Counted from the first letter of the whole stretch, positions 20,287-30,737 are shown. The stretch: 63,641 nt of DNA, filler included, from 5 parts of 5 records of this genome joined end to end with filler, not necessarily neighbours in it, one strand, 5' to 3'. A program made the numbers and translations. Notes: generated by a model from the letters alone, not told the origin.

Positions 20287-20359
20287 AAGTCCCGTCTTTC
20301 GCTTATTTGCAGACCACGTTCGAAAGAGCGTGGTTTTTTATGCCCGAAAGGCGGGACTT
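20287..20359 (+). repeat. tRNA-3'-end-like fragment with terminator hairpin and inverted copy (possible att site)
   Basis: aagtcccgtctttcg (20287-20301) / cgaaaggcgggactt (20345-20359) enclosing accacgttc-gaaa-gagcgtggt plus a T run. Confidence 0.5.
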
Positions 20360-20445
20360 GAACTGGAGAAACGGCGCGAATACATGGAGCGTAGTTGACA
20401 GGAAGCCGGTTTATGCAACGAAATGGGACAGGAGCTCTGTCCCTC

Positions 20446-21486
20446 TCAGCTCGATGTCATCAGTACCCGAAGGCAGTTCAGAATATCCTTATCTTTCCAG
20501 TCGGGAAAATGAGCCTCCACCTCTGGGATTTTAGCAGAGACAGCAGCCCTTAATCCGGCATTCTCCAGGTCATCAAGGCTCCTCATTCCGCCTATCCTTA
20601 CCCCGTAATGAAAGATCCTCTTCTCTTCCTCAGAAAGGGCCAGATAGCGATCGATGCAGGCCAGCATCTCATTTCGGCTCTCCGGAAGATTTCCCCGCAG
20701 CTGCATCAATAGATTCATACTATGATCATTATCATAATAGCTCCGAGCCGTGAGATTCTCCAGAAGGAGGCGTTGTTCCCTGACCATCAGTTCCTCGCTG
20801 CTCATCCGAAATACACCTTTCCGATACATCTCCATCAGCTCAGATCCGGGCTTGATCCTCAAAGACCGGACGCGGATGTAGTCAGGATTTACTTCGTTGA
20901 GTACCTTGGCGCTATCCAGGGCACTCTCCTCCCAGTGCTCTTCTCCTCCCATTCCCATAACAAGAAAATAAGAAAGTTCTATCCCGGCATCCATCAGGTT
21001 TTTTCCCGCCCGTATGAGCATCTCCGAGTTTGCTCCTTTCCTGATGAGACGAAGAACCCGATCCGATCCCGACTCCATTCCGCAGTACACCCGGCTCAAG
21101 CCGGCCTCGGCAAGGATGTTTATCTCCTCGGAACTTTTTTTTGCAATCTGATGAACGATCCCGTAGCAGGAGATCTCCTGCACTCCCGGAAACAGCTCTT
21201 GTACGGTATGAAGTATGTCTGCCAACTCCTTTGTGGGCAGACAAAAAACATCGCCGTCCTGCAGGAAGCAGGTCCTGAAGCTGTCGGGGCCGTACAGTTC
21301 CCGGGCCCTGGCAATATCGGATTTGACCTCCTCGGCCGTTCTCGCGGAGAACTCGATTTGCTTTGATTTATAACTTGTGCAAAAGGCGCATCGATTCCAG
21401 GGGCATCCTCTCGTGACCCTGAGGATAAGGCTTTCAGCCTCGGCCACCGGACGGATAGGGCCCAGTTCGTAATCGGGCATTCTCAT
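20446..21486 (-). CDS. Radical SAM protein
   Basis: CPWNRCAFC; GMESGSD; start reassigned to 21486 to remove overlap with the upstream gene. Confidence 0.85.
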   Translation of the reverse strand: MRMPDYELGPIRPVAEAESLILRVTRGCPWNRCAFCTSYKSKQIEFSARTAEEVKSDIARARELYGPDSFRTCFLQDGDVFCLPTKELADILHTVQELFPGVQEISCYGIVHQIAKKSSEEINILAEAGLSRVYCGMESGSDRVLRLIRKGANSEMLIRAGKNLMDAGIELSYFLVMGMGGEEHWEESALDSAKVLNEVNPDYIRVRSLRIKPGSELMEMYRKGVFRMSSEELMVREQRLLLENLTARSYYDNDHSMNLLMQLRGNLPESRNEMLACIDRYLALSEEEKRIFHYGVRIGGMRSLDDLENAGLRAAVSAKIPEVEAHFPDWKDKDILNCLRVLMTSS

Positions 21487-21530
21487 GAGATATTCCTTAT
21501 ATAATCTGGTAGTAATCGGAGCGGCGGTGA

Positions 21531-22370
21531 TCAGTACCTGTTGTCCACCAGGGCCCGTCTGGATTTGTTGAGATTTGATACGGTCTCGTCCCGGGAGGCC
21601 ATCGCTATCCCCACGGAGAGTACATCTATAATACTCAGCTGAGCAATCCTGGAGGACATAGGCTCCATTTTGAACATGGTCTCGTTTGCAGCGACACACA
21701 AAGAGCATCCCGCTATTTTGGATACGGGAGACTTGGAATGGGTGACGATGGCCACTGTTTCCGCTCCCGCCTTATTGGCAAGCTCTACGGCATGGACCAC
21801 ATCGACAGTTGATCCAGAGTGGGAGATAGCGAAAAAGACCTGTCCCGGTGTCATCATAGAAGCCGCCATAATAGCCATATGGGGATCATTGAACCACTCG
21901 CAGTTGATATTGACTCTGAACATCTTATGATAAGCGTCCATGGCCACCACAGCCGAGCCCCCAAGTCCGAAGAATATGATTCTGGACGAGGAGGCCATCA
22001 GTTTGATCACACGGTCAAGCTCCGGGAAATCCAATATTCTCAGTGAACGCTGAGTTGCGTTCACATTGGCTTCAAACACATTGTTTATCAGCTCAGGAAC
22101 CTCTTCATTCCCCTTGAGTGACTCATGTATATTCTGTATCGAAGGTATAATGGATTGAGCAAGAAAGATTTTAAAGTCCTGAAAGCCCTTGAAGCCGATG
22201 GCCCGGCAGAAACGGATGACCGTGGGTTCGCTGACTCCTACCTTGTCTGCCAGCTCACTGATCGAGCAGTGTATGACATCTCCGGCGTGGGTCCCTACAT
22301 AGTCTGCCACCTTTACTTCCGATTTCCTTAGCCTATGCCGGTGCTCCGTAATAAAGCTCAAATCACTCAT
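21531..22370 (-). CDS. MurR/RpiR (HexR-like) regulator
   Basis: HTH SISELA..GVSEPTVIRFCR.IGFKGFQDFK; SIS domain ISHSG. Confidence 0.92.
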   Translation of the reverse strand: MSDLSFITEHRHRLRKSEVKVADYVGTHAGDVIHCSISELADKVGVSEPTVIRFCRAIGFKGFQDFKIFLAQSIIPSIQNIHESLKGNEEVPELINNVFEANVNATQRSLRILDFPELDRVIKLMASSSRIIFFGLGGSAVVAMDAYHKMFRVNINCEWFNDPHMAIMAASMMTPGQVFFAISHSGSTVDVVHAVELANKAGAETVAIVTHSKSPVSKIAGCSLCVAANETMFKMEPMSSRIAQLSIIDVLSVGIAMASRDETVSNLNKSRRALVDNRY

Positions 22371-22392
22371 CTATTTCCTGCTCAATATGATA

Positions 22393-23325
22393 TCAGCCGA
22401 TGCTGAAATCCCCCTCCGTATACTCTAGGCCGAGTTCTGCAAATCCGTCCTTCAGCCATTTTACAATGGTTCCATACTGGGGAGAGGAGAATTCGGGCAG
22501 GAACATAGGCTTCCTGGGTACTCCGGCTTCAAACCCCCTGGCATAAAGGGCCATATGTGATGCGATAGTGCTATCGGTGAAGTGCATCTTTCTACTCAGA
22601 TCCATCATAACGCAGTAGGCCTTTTCCGCCCGGGGCCAATCCTTTTCAAAGGTCGCCTTCATCATTTCAGTCATGATCTCCGGGGCCCAGTTGTTCATTC
22701 CGGCGATAGCGGCGTCAACGTTCATATGGTGCAGGGGAAGCCATCCCGTAGAGGTTCCTATAATGAGCTGGAAATCTTCCTTCTTAAGCTTGGCTTCATA
22801 GGCGACGGAAGACAGAAAACCGACATTCAGGGGGCTGTCTTTGATCCCCCTCAAGCCACAGTCCTTCAATGTTTGAACAACCTTCATGTTGAAGGTGTAG
22901 CGGGATGTCCCGGGGTTATTGTAGGCAAAGACAGGGATTTCAACTGCATCGATAATATCCTTGTAATACTGGATTACGATATCGTCGGCGTGTTTGTAGT
23001 AGAAGGGGGGGACCGCGCCTATGGCGTCGACGCCCACAGCCTCAGCCGCCTTGGCCAGCTCTACAGTGCTTTTCGTATCGATACAGCCTACATGAGGGAT
23101 CAATACCTTGTTTCTAAACCGATCAGCAACCTTTCGTGCCAGCTTGAAAACCTCGATCCTTTCTTCGTTGCTCATCAGGGGTCCGGCTCCATAGGAACCC
23201 GTCAGGAACAGTCCGTCAACACCTTTTTCAAACATCCAATTCATATGCCATTCGGTCTTCTCAAAGTCTATGACACCCTTCTCGTCAAAAAAAGTTATGT
23301 TAGGTACAAGTGATCCTTTAATCAT
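22393..23325 (-). CDS. DapA/NanA-family class I aldolase or dehydratase
   Basis: GLFLTGSYG, PPFYY, YNNP, GIKDS (Schiff-base Lys). Confidence 0.85.
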   Translation of the reverse strand: MIKGSLVPNITFFDEKGVIDFEKTEWHMNWMFEKGVDGLFLTGSYGAGPLMSNEERIEVFKLARKVADRFRNKVLIPHVGCIDTKSTVELAKAAEAVGVDAIGAVPPFYYKHADDIVIQYYKDIIDAVEIPVFAYNNPGTSRYTFNMKVVQTLKDCGLRGIKDSPLNVGFLSSVAYEAKLKKEDFQLIIGTSTGWLPLHHMNVDAAIAGMNNWAPEIMTEMMKATFEKDWPRAEKAYCVMMDLSRKMHFTDSTIASHMALYARGFEAGVPRKPMFLPEFSSPQYGTIVKWLKDGFAELGLEYTEGDFSIG

Positions 23326-23455
23326 GAAAATACTCCTATAATGCTATCTGAATTATCAGATAAAATATACTATTGTTTATTTATCGTGCTGTGTCTGTAT
23401 AGCGACAATGCAGGTTACATACTCCTGGCTCAGCCTGTCGGCTTTTTGATTTCTC

Positions 23456-24382
23456 TTAAGAACTCATGATCTCGATAATATTCTCAGCGACCTTCATTGA
23501 AACCCGAGAACTCGTTTCTACCGAGGTAGCCGCCATATGAGGTGTCAGGACGATATCCTCCAGGGTTCTCAAGACCGAATCGCCTGGCAGAGGCTCCTCG
23601 CGGAAGGCATCCAGAGCGGCAGAGCACAGCCTGCCGTTACTGATAGCTTCCACAAGGGCTTCGTCATCTACCAGCCCTCCCCGGGAGGTGTTAACCAGTA
23701 CGGCCCTTCTCTTCATCAGGGACAGAGTCCGCTTGTTAACCAGATTTCTGGTCGTCTCAGTCAAGGGAGCCGTAAGCACCAGGAAGTCGGCCTTCCTGAA
23801 AACGTCCTCTACGGCGTCAGCCATCTCAATCGGCCGGCCCTCAAGCCACAGCCAATCGGGATTGACATCAAAGGCGATGACATTAACGGAGAATCCTTCA
23901 AGGAGTTCCACCACCCGTCTGCCGATATTGCCAAGGCCGATGATCCCGACGCAGCTGCCGCTGAGCTCATGTCCGGCCTGCCTCTTCCACTCGCCCCTTT
24001 TCAGGGAACTCATGTGGGGGCCAATGCCTCGGCCCGCCATAAGCATCAGGGCCACGGTCAGTTCTGCAACGGAGTTTTTGTTTACTCCGTTCACATTGGA
24101 AACCCGGATATCTCTGGAAGCGGCGCAATCAACATCTATTCCGTCCAGGCCGGTGCCATGCATATGAATCAGTTCCAGAGAGGCTCCCGCTTTGATGACC
24201 TCTTCGGTAATAGGATCGTTCCCCACAATCAGTATGTTTGCATCCCCGACTCTCGCGGCTATAGATTCCGGTGTTCCGGGTCCGTCCTGAAAGAAATCGA
24301 GCTCAATACCCGAATCCTCAAGCAAACGAATCGCATCGGGACAAAACCTGCCGAAGGACCTCGACGTTATTAGGGCCTTCAC
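23456..24382 (-). CDS. D-isomer-specific 2-hydroxyacid dehydrogenase
   Basis: GIIGLGNIG, VNTSRGGLVD, LDAFREEP, TPHMA. Confidence 0.9.
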   Translation of the reverse strand: MKALITSRSFGRFCPDAIRLLEDSGIELDFFQDGPGTPESIAARVGDANILIVGNDPITEEVIKAGASLELIHMHGTGLDGIDVDCAASRDIRVSNVNGVNKNSVAELTVALMLMAGRGIGPHMSSLKRGEWKRQAGHELSGSCVGIIGLGNIGRRVVELLEGFSVNVIAFDVNPDWLWLEGRPIEMADAVEDVFRKADFLVLTAPLTETTRNLVNKRTLSLMKRRAVLVNTSRGGLVDDEALVEAISNGRLCSAALDAFREEPLPGDSVLRTLEDIVLTPHMAATSVETSSRVSMKVAENIIEIMSS

Positions 24383-25908
24383 CTCTGGCCTCCTAGGACA
24401 GGTTCTATCTGGTGAACAACAATATCAATCAACTTCTGATAAACCATATGAAGCTCCTTGTACTTTTTTGAACTCTCTTTATCTGGCTCCAAAGCCCTGC
24501 GGGACTCTTCATGAGCATCTACAAAGCCCAGGTCGTCCAGGCAGCCCATCCCATAGAGACCCAGGATCCCGGCCCCCCTCAGAGAGGCTTCGGTACTCTC
24601 TCCCAGAAAGATCCTTGAGCCCAGAACATCACAAAGGATTCCGGGGATATAAGGCCCCTGGCAGAGACCTCCGCTGAGGATAATTCTCTTGACCGATTCG
24701 CCCATGCTTTCCAGGATATCGACAATGGATTTCAGGTCATACCCGATGGCTTCCAGCATGGCCCGTACGATATGCCTTGAATCATGATGGGCTTTCATGC
24801 CGAACAGATTGCCTGACAGAGAGGGCTCCCAGTAGGGAGAGCGAGCCCGACGCAGATAGGGCAGGAAGAAGAGCCCCTCAGTCCCGACATCCACCTGGGA
24901 AGCCAGCTGCTCCATAGCACTGCATCCGCTGGTGACACGGCCGCTTTCCAGTATGCCCGGTTTATCTGTCAGGAGATTCTCAACGAGCCACACAAGAGCG
25001 TTGCCCACATTCGAAAGTATCCCGCCGCAGGTCCAGATCGAATCGGTAAGGCAGTAGCACCAAAGCTCTCCTTTGGGAGAGGTCAATGGCCTGTCGCATA
25101 CAATCCTGGCGGCTCCGGAGGTTCCCAGATCGATATTCATCTCTCCAGGCCTTCCTGCTCCGGCTCCCAGGTTTGCCAAAGGCCCGTCCCCCCCGCCCGG
25201 ATAGAGACCGATCTGCTCCGAAAGCCCCCATTCGGCCAGAAGACCTTTATTGTCGATAGCCAGCTTCACTGTTCCCGAAACAGGTCGGGACAGACGCCCC
25301 TCATCCAGCCCCACCGCGTCCATGGCCTCGGGAGACCAGCTGTGCCTGCGAATGTCGAAGAGCCCTGTAGCCGAAGCCATAGAGAAATCCACTATCCTTT
25401 GATCGGACAGGCATCTGAGCACATACTCTTTAATGGAAAGAAACTCGGCAGCTTTTGCAAAGATCTCCGGCATCTCACGTTTTATCCAGGCGATCTTTGC
25501 TATTGGATAGATAGAGCTCATGGGGCAACCCGTCAGGTCGTACAGCCTGTTCCCGTAGCGATCCTTCAGAGCTGCCGCGTCCTCTTCAGCACGGCCGTCA
25601 GACCAAAGAATGCTATTGCAAAGAGGCTTGCCTTCATCGTCAACGGCAAAGATGCTGTACATCTGAGACGAGAAGGAGATCCCTCCGATTTTTTCCCTGT
25701 CTTCTTCACAGGCGTCAAGGCAGCGGGATATGCAATCCAGGACCTGATTGCGAATCTCATCAGGATCCTGCTCCTCAAAATCGGGCCTGGGATTGATTAC
25801 CCGGTATCCTATCTTATGGGAAGCCAGGCTCTCTCCCCTTGCATTCAATACCACTGAGCGAACCGAAGAGGTTCCAATATCAACCGCCAAAATCAACATA
25901 TCTTTCAT
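24379..25908 (-). CDS. FGGY-family sugar kinase, gluconokinase-like
   Basis: DIGTSS, EQDPDE, ILWSDGRA, SIKEYV, DFSMASATG, GGGDGPLANLG, GTSGA. Confidence 0.85.
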   Translation of the reverse strand: MKDMLILAVDIGTSSVRSVVLNARGESLASHKIGYRVINPRPDFEEQDPDEIRNQVLDCISRCLDACEEDREKIGGISFSSQMYSIFAVDDEGKPLCNSILWSDGRAEEDAAALKDRYGNRLYDLTGCPMSSIYPIAKIAWIKREMPEIFAKAAEFLSIKEYVLRCLSDQRIVDFSMASATGLFDIRRHSWSPEAMDAVGLDEGRLSRPVSGTVKLAIDNKGLLAEWGLSEQIGLYPGGGDGPLANLGAGAGRPGEMNIDLGTSGAARIVCDRPLTSPKGELWCYCLTDSIWTCGGILSNVGNALVWLVENLLTDKPGILESGRVTSGCSAMEQLASQVDVGTEGLFFLPYLRRARSPYWEPSLSGNLFGMKAHHDSRHIVRAMLEAIGYDLKSIVDILESMGESVKRIILSGGLCQGPYIPGILCDVLGSRIFLGESTEASLRGAGILGLYGMGCLDDLGFVDAHEESRRALEPDKESSKKYKELHMVYQKLIDIVVHQIEPVLGGQR

Positions 25909-25922
25909 ATCAACTCCCTACC

Positions 25923-27203
25923 TCAATACAGCTTGAAAACGACCTTCGGCAGGAAGGTGATGATACCGGGGAAGACCGCCGTTACGAATAGAACAAGGTA
26001 AACGGCCACAACAAAGGGAAGCAGCTCCCTGACTACCTCAGAGATGGACTTCCCTGAAGTGGAACAGCTTGTATAAATCAAGGTTCCAATGGGAGGCGTT
26101 ATCAGGCCGGCAGTCAGAACGCTACAGAAGAAGACTCCGAAATAGATTGGATCCACTCCAAACGCCAGGATGGGCCCCATGAAGATGGGAGTCAGAATCA
26201 GGATAGCCGGGGTCAGGTCCATTATCATGCCTATTACCAAAAGGATGGCAAAGGTTACGATCATGAAAACGCCCTTTGAGTCGATTCCCGTTACCATGGC
26301 TTCGGTCACTTGCTGGGGAACGCGCTCATAGGTTAGCACCCAGGCCACTGCTGTAGCGGCGCCCACGATGGCCATGACCATGGCTGATCCGTTCATAGCT
26401 CTTTTTATCATCCCGGGGAGATCCCTGAGCTTGCACTCCTTATAGACGAAGGTTCCCACGAACCAGGCATAGACAACGGCGAAAGCAGAGGTCTCGGTAG
26501 CTGTCATAACCCCCGTTACAATGAGAGTGAACACAAGGACAGGGAAGATCAGTCCCCAAGCCAGCCCCTTTGTATCGCCAAAATCAAAAGACTCATTGCT
26601 GCTGCCGTAACCTCTTTTCTTAGAGACCCAGTAAGCTACCAGGACCTCTGCCAGGCAGACCAGAACACCCAGTACGACCCCGCCCGAGAAGAGAGCTCCT
26701 ATGGAGTCGCCAGTGGTCGAGCCGTAAACGATCATGGGAATGGAAGGGGGAATGATGGGGCCGATAATCCCTCCGGCGGCAATAACCGCCGCTGAAAAAG
26801 CCTTTCCGTATCCCTGCTTGACCATAGCCGGATAGAGGATCGCACCGATGGCGATAGAGGTCGCGATCGCAGACCCATTGATCGCCGCGAACAGGGCGCA
26901 GGATATAATGGCAATCATAGCCAAACCGCCAGACAGCCCTTTGACCATGCGGGACACTCCGGAAACGATCCGCCGGGTCATCCCTCCGCCGTTCATAATC
27001 TCACCAGCAAAGATGAAGAAGAACATGGCCGTCAGGCCGAAATTATCCATGGATACAACAAATTTCTGTGCAAAGATCAGAAGATCCATGTTATTTATCA
27101 GCAACAGAATGATCGATGCCACCGCCAGGGACAGGGTAATGGGTACGCCAATGGCGAAGAAGACGCCGAAGAGTCCCAGGTAGGTCATTAAGGTTCCCAT
27201 CAC
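25923..27203 (-). CDS. dctM: TRAP transporter large permease
   Basis: FAAINGSAIA, IIPPSIPMIVY, GLITPPIG. Confidence 0.92.
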   Translation of the reverse strand: MMGTLMTYLGLFGVFFAIGVPITLSLAVASIILLLINNMDLLIFAQKFVVSMDNFGLTAMFFFIFAGEIMNGGGMTRRIVSGVSRMVKGLSGGLAMIAIISCALFAAINGSAIATSIAIGAILYPAMVKQGYGKAFSAAVIAAGGIIGPIIPPSIPMIVYGSTTGDSIGALFSGGVVLGVLVCLAEVLVAYWVSKKRGYGSSNESFDFGDTKGLAWGLIFPVLVFTLIVTGVMTATETSAFAVVYAWFVGTFVYKECKLRDLPGMIKRAMNGSAMVMAIVGAATAVAWVLTYERVPQQVTEAMVTGIDSKGVFMIVTFAILLVIGMIMDLTPAILILTPIFMGPILAFGVDPIYFGVFFCSVLTAGLITPPIGTLIYTSCSTSGKSISEVVRELLPFVVAVYLVLFVTAVFPGIITFLPKVVFKLY

Positions 27204-27712
27204 TTCTCCTCCTTGATGTCAGATGCTGAGCCAGCGGGCCCGATCGCACCTTTCAATTTCTGAAAGAGCCGAACGGCCCCGGTCGCCGCCCATACCGTTC
27301 CGGCAAAAACGCCGGGAAGCAGGAAGACTGATGTGGGAAGGTCCGTACCCGGCAGGGGAACGGAACCGGTAATCCTGTTGTATTTCCAACCGTATACGGC
27401 CATGATAAAACCGACTGCCAGAAGGGTTATGTCGTATGCAAGCTCAGAAATGGCTTTGGTCAATCTGTTTTTCTCCGCCAGTGCGGTGAATCCTATATGG
27501 CCGTTCCTTATGAAGGCCGTGGTGATGGCAAGGAACATAGACCAGACGAAGAGGATGCGGGTCACCTCCTCCGCCCAGGGGAAGGTATATTCGAAGAAAT
27601 AACGTCCAACGGCGTTCCCGAACATGACAACGGTCTCCGCAAGACCGAAACAGGCCAGTATGTAAAGCTCCAGCCTGTTACAGCATTTTATTATCGTTTT
27701 TATACTCTGCAT
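27200..27712 (-). CDS. dctQ: TRAP transporter small permease
   Basis: RY.F....PWAEEVTR..FVW, HI motif, four TM helices. Confidence 0.88.
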   Translation of the reverse strand: MQSIKTIIKCCNRLELYILACFGLAETVVMFGNAVGRYFFEYTFPWAEEVTRILFVWSMFLAITTAFIRNGHIGFTALAEKNRLTKAISELAYDITLLAVGFIMAVYGWKYNRITGSVPLPGTDLPTSVFLLPGVFAGTVWAATGAVRLFQKLKGAIGPAGSASDIKEEK

Positions 27713-27763
27713 GTTAATCTCCAGGCGGCCGATCCGGAGGACGCGGCCGCCACAATGGAAAAC

Positions 27764-28771
27764 TTACTCGGCTGCTTCTGCAAGAAGCTGGTCCAGAAGA
27801 TCGGCATAGGCATCGCCGTACTGTTCGGCGGCCCATGCGTAGGTCTCTTTGGCTTTTTCCTGAAAGGCGGCCTTTTGGGCATCGGTCAGGATGAAAACCT
27901 CTGATTTGCTCTTGATCTCACCCAGGTATTCCTGCTGCAGGTTTCTGCCTCGCTCGCGCTCCCACAGTCTCAGCTCATACACAGTGTTCTTTATCAGTGA
28001 CTGAACATCCTCGGGGAGAGCCTTCCATTTCATCGCGGAGAAATAGACGGGGACGGCAGAATAAACATGGTCGGTCTTTGAGACATAGGCCTGCTGCTCA
28101 TAGAACTTGTTGGTGGCGATCAGAGAGAAGGGGTTCTCCTGGCCGTCGACAACCTTTGTGGCCAGAGAGTTGTAGATCTCTGTGAAAGGAAGGGGAGTTG
28201 GATTGGCTCCCAGGCTTCCGAAGTATTCCATATGCAGCTTATTCTGCATGGTTCTGAGCTTTACTCCATCAAGGTCGGAAGGCTGAAGGATAGGGCGCTT
28301 GCTGTTCGTCAGCTCTCTGAAACCATTCTCCCAGAATGCCAGACCGATCAGCCCCTTCTCCTCAAGACTGTTCAGAAAAATCTCTCCAACAGGACCGTCC
28401 AGAACCTTATCGACCTGCTCCTCATTCAGGAAGACAAAAGGAGATTCAAGAACATAGAATATAGGATCGTACTGACCCAATGGCCCTGTTGTAGTGGGCA
28501 GCATGTCCGTAACGCCGGACTGGAGCTGACCGATAATCTCTCCTTCGGAACCCAGCTGTCCCCCAGGAAAGATCTGGACATCAATCCGGGGATCAGCAGC
28601 TTCAATCCTCTTTTCAAACTCAAGAGCGGCCTCATGGATTGGGCCTCCCGCGGTTCCATAGCCGACCTTTATCTCATAAAACTCCTGCCCGTCTCCGTCC
28701 TGCTGTCCATTGGCGGCAGAGAACGACGCAACCATCAATGCGGTGAATACGACTAACATAAACCTTTTCAT
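27764..28771 (-). CDS. dctP: TRAP substrate-binding protein
   Basis: FPGGQLGSE, ENGFRELTN, KLRTM, VVDGQENP. Confidence 0.92.
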   Translation of the reverse strand: MKRFMLVVFTALMVASFSAANGQQDGDGQEFYEIKVGYGTAGGPIHEAALEFEKRIEAADPRIDVQIFPGGQLGSEGEIIGQLQSGVTDMLPTTTGPLGQYDPIFYVLESPFVFLNEEQVDKVLDGPVGEIFLNSLEEKGLIGLAFWENGFRELTNSKRPILQPSDLDGVKLRTMQNKLHMEYFGSLGANPTPLPFTEIYNSLATKVVDGQENPFSLIATNKFYEQQAYVSKTDHVYSAVPVYFSAMKWKALPEDVQSLIKNTVYELRLWERERGRNLQQEYLGEIKSKSEVFILTDAQKAAFQEKAKETYAWAAEQYGDAYADLLDQLLAEAAE

Positions 28772-28804
28772 AGTGATCTCCTTTACTCCTTTGTAATTCA
28801 ATTA

Positions 28805-29294
28805 TGTAATTTAATTACGTAGATATACTACAACAGCAAAATTCAACTGTCAACATTTTTCTGTAGAATTACTACATTCTGTGTTTTTGGATTAACATAT
28901 TGGGGGGCGGAGATCATAGGGTACGATTTGTATATTCTTAATAGCAATGACATTAGTGAATCTTCGATATGTAAATCATAAATGTAGTATAATTACATAT
29001 TCATGGCTGAGGCGAGTGATGACAATATCTATCCCGTTTTATCTTTCATAGGAACAGCTCTTGTATTCAGTACATATGTTAGTGAAAGAAGCAATGAAAG
29101 CAGAGAGCAGCTAAAGACGGTTTCGCAGGCGGATGAGATGCCATTCAACTGGCGCATTCATGGATTGTCATCAGGTGCTTTGTCACAGGGCTTATGAACA
29201 GGAAAACCCGGACAACCGTGGCAGAGATGAAACCCCTCTCTCCCCGTTTCTTTTTCCCTTCAATATTACATAAAATTACTGTAGAATAATTACA
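28805..29294. promoter_or_regulatory. Cluster of TGTAR-N5-YTACA operators (HexR/RpiR-like)
   Basis: Exact matches at 28862-28876, 28983-28997 and 29280-29294; near matches at 28805-28819 and 28818-28832. Confidence 0.7.
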
Positions 29295-29379
29295 AAATTA
29301 ATTTTATAACATGGGCCTGGGGTGGAAATGTAAGGATTCCGGTAAGAACAGGTCCAGGATAACTGGGCAGGAAAACAAC

Positions 29380-30219
29380 ATGGCAGATCTGAAATTCATT
29401 ACCGAGCATCGACATAAACTGAGGAAATCGGAAGTCAAGGTCGCCGACTTTGTGGTATCCCATGCAAAGGATGTGATTCACTATACCATTAGCGAACTGG
29501 CCGATGGGGTTGGGGTCAGCGAACCCACGGTCCTGCGTTTCTGCCGGGCATTGGGATTCAAGGGGTTTCAGGACTTTAAGATATTCCTGGCTCAATCCAT
29601 TATCCCGTCGGTTCAGAATATCCATGAGTCAATCAATGGGGATGAAGAGGCGCCGGAACTGATACAGAAGGTCTTCGACTCTAATGTAAACGCTATCAAG
29701 AGATCCCTGGGGACTCTGGACTTCGCCGAAGTCGATAAGGTTATCAATCTTATGATAGATACGAAAAAGATCATCTTCTTCGGTCTGGGCGGTTCCGCTG
29801 TTGTCGCCATGGATGCCTATCATAAGATGTTCCGAATCAATATCAACTGCGAATGGTTCAATGATCCTCATATGGCGATTATGGCGGCTTCCATGATGAA
29901 CCCGGGGGATGTTTTCTTTGCCATATCCCATTCCGGCTCCACCGTGGATGTGGTCAAGGCGCTGGAAGTCGCAAACGATAGCGGCGCTGATACCGTCGCC
30001 ATCACTACCCACTCCAAGTCTCCGGTTTCCAATATCGCAAAGTACTCTCTTTGCGTGGCAGCCGCCGAGACTATGTATAAGATGGAACCCATGTCGTCCA
30101 GAATCGCCCAGCTGAGTATCATTGATGTTATCGCCGTCGGTTTGTCCATGCACTTTGAGGATGACACCGTTTCCAATCTGAATAAGTCCCGAAGAGCCCT
30201 TGTGGATAAGCGATACTGA
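29380..30219 (+). CDS. MurR/RpiR regulator, close paralog of 21531-22370
   Basis: Same length (279 aa) with long identical blocks. Confidence 0.92.
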   Translation: MADLKFITEHRHKLRKSEVKVADFVVSHAKDVIHYTISELADGVGVSEPTVLRFCRALGFKGFQDFKIFLAQSIIPSVQNIHESINGDEEAPELIQKVFDSNVNAIKRSLGTLDFAEVDKVINLMIDTKKIIFFGLGGSAVVAMDAYHKMFRININCEWFNDPHMAIMAASMMNPGDVFFAISHSGSTVDVVKALEVANDSGADTVAITTHSKSPVSNIAKYSLCVAAAETMYKMEPMSSRIAQLSIIDVIAVGLSMHFEDDTVSNLNKSRRALVDKRY

Positions 30220-30500
30220 CACCCGGAGGCCGCCCGCGCGCAGCTGCCCTGATTGAATTTCGGTACAAAGCGGAGATCTCTTTTTCATGGCAAAGCTGGT
30301 CGTTAAGTGATAAGCCGCTGTCCGTTTTATGCTATTTGTGAAGATCCGGCGCAGCGATATTGGGATATTTCTTCACGAAATCTGCGAATCGGGCAGATAA
30401 ATGAATTCACTTTTGTTGGATTTTTTATATAATTCAGTCCATATTTTAATTGAACATAGTTATTGAAAACGTCATAAACCCTTTAATGAAGAGGTCATTC

Positions 30501-30587
30501 ATGAGAATCGTATTTGTTATAGACAGCTGGAATCCCGGAAACGGATGTATCGTCGCCACCCACCGCCTGGTCAAGGAACTGCAGGAC
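30501..30587 (+). CDS. Probable GT4 glycosyltransferase N-terminus (truncated)
   Basis: MRIVFVIDSWNPGNG....T.RLVKEL. Confidence 0.55.
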
Positions 30588-30687
30588 NNNNNNNNNNNNN
30601 NNNNNNNNNNNNNNNNNNNNNNNNNNNNNNNTTAATTAATTAANNNNNNNNNNNNNNNNNNNNNNNNNNNNNNNNNNNNNNNNNNNN
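30588..30687. other. Artificial contig spacer
   Basis: N44-TTAATTAATTAA-N44. Confidence 0.98.
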
Positions 30688-30737
30688 GTTCCAGATGGAT
30701 TCTGGAATGATTGATAAATGTCCAACAAAGAAATATA

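Larger units (their letters stand above)
15683..20303. mobile_element. Right part of a putative integrative element
   Basis: Tyrosine integrase next to a tRNA-3'-like sequence; primase-helicase cargo; left end lies off the contig. Confidence 0.5.
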
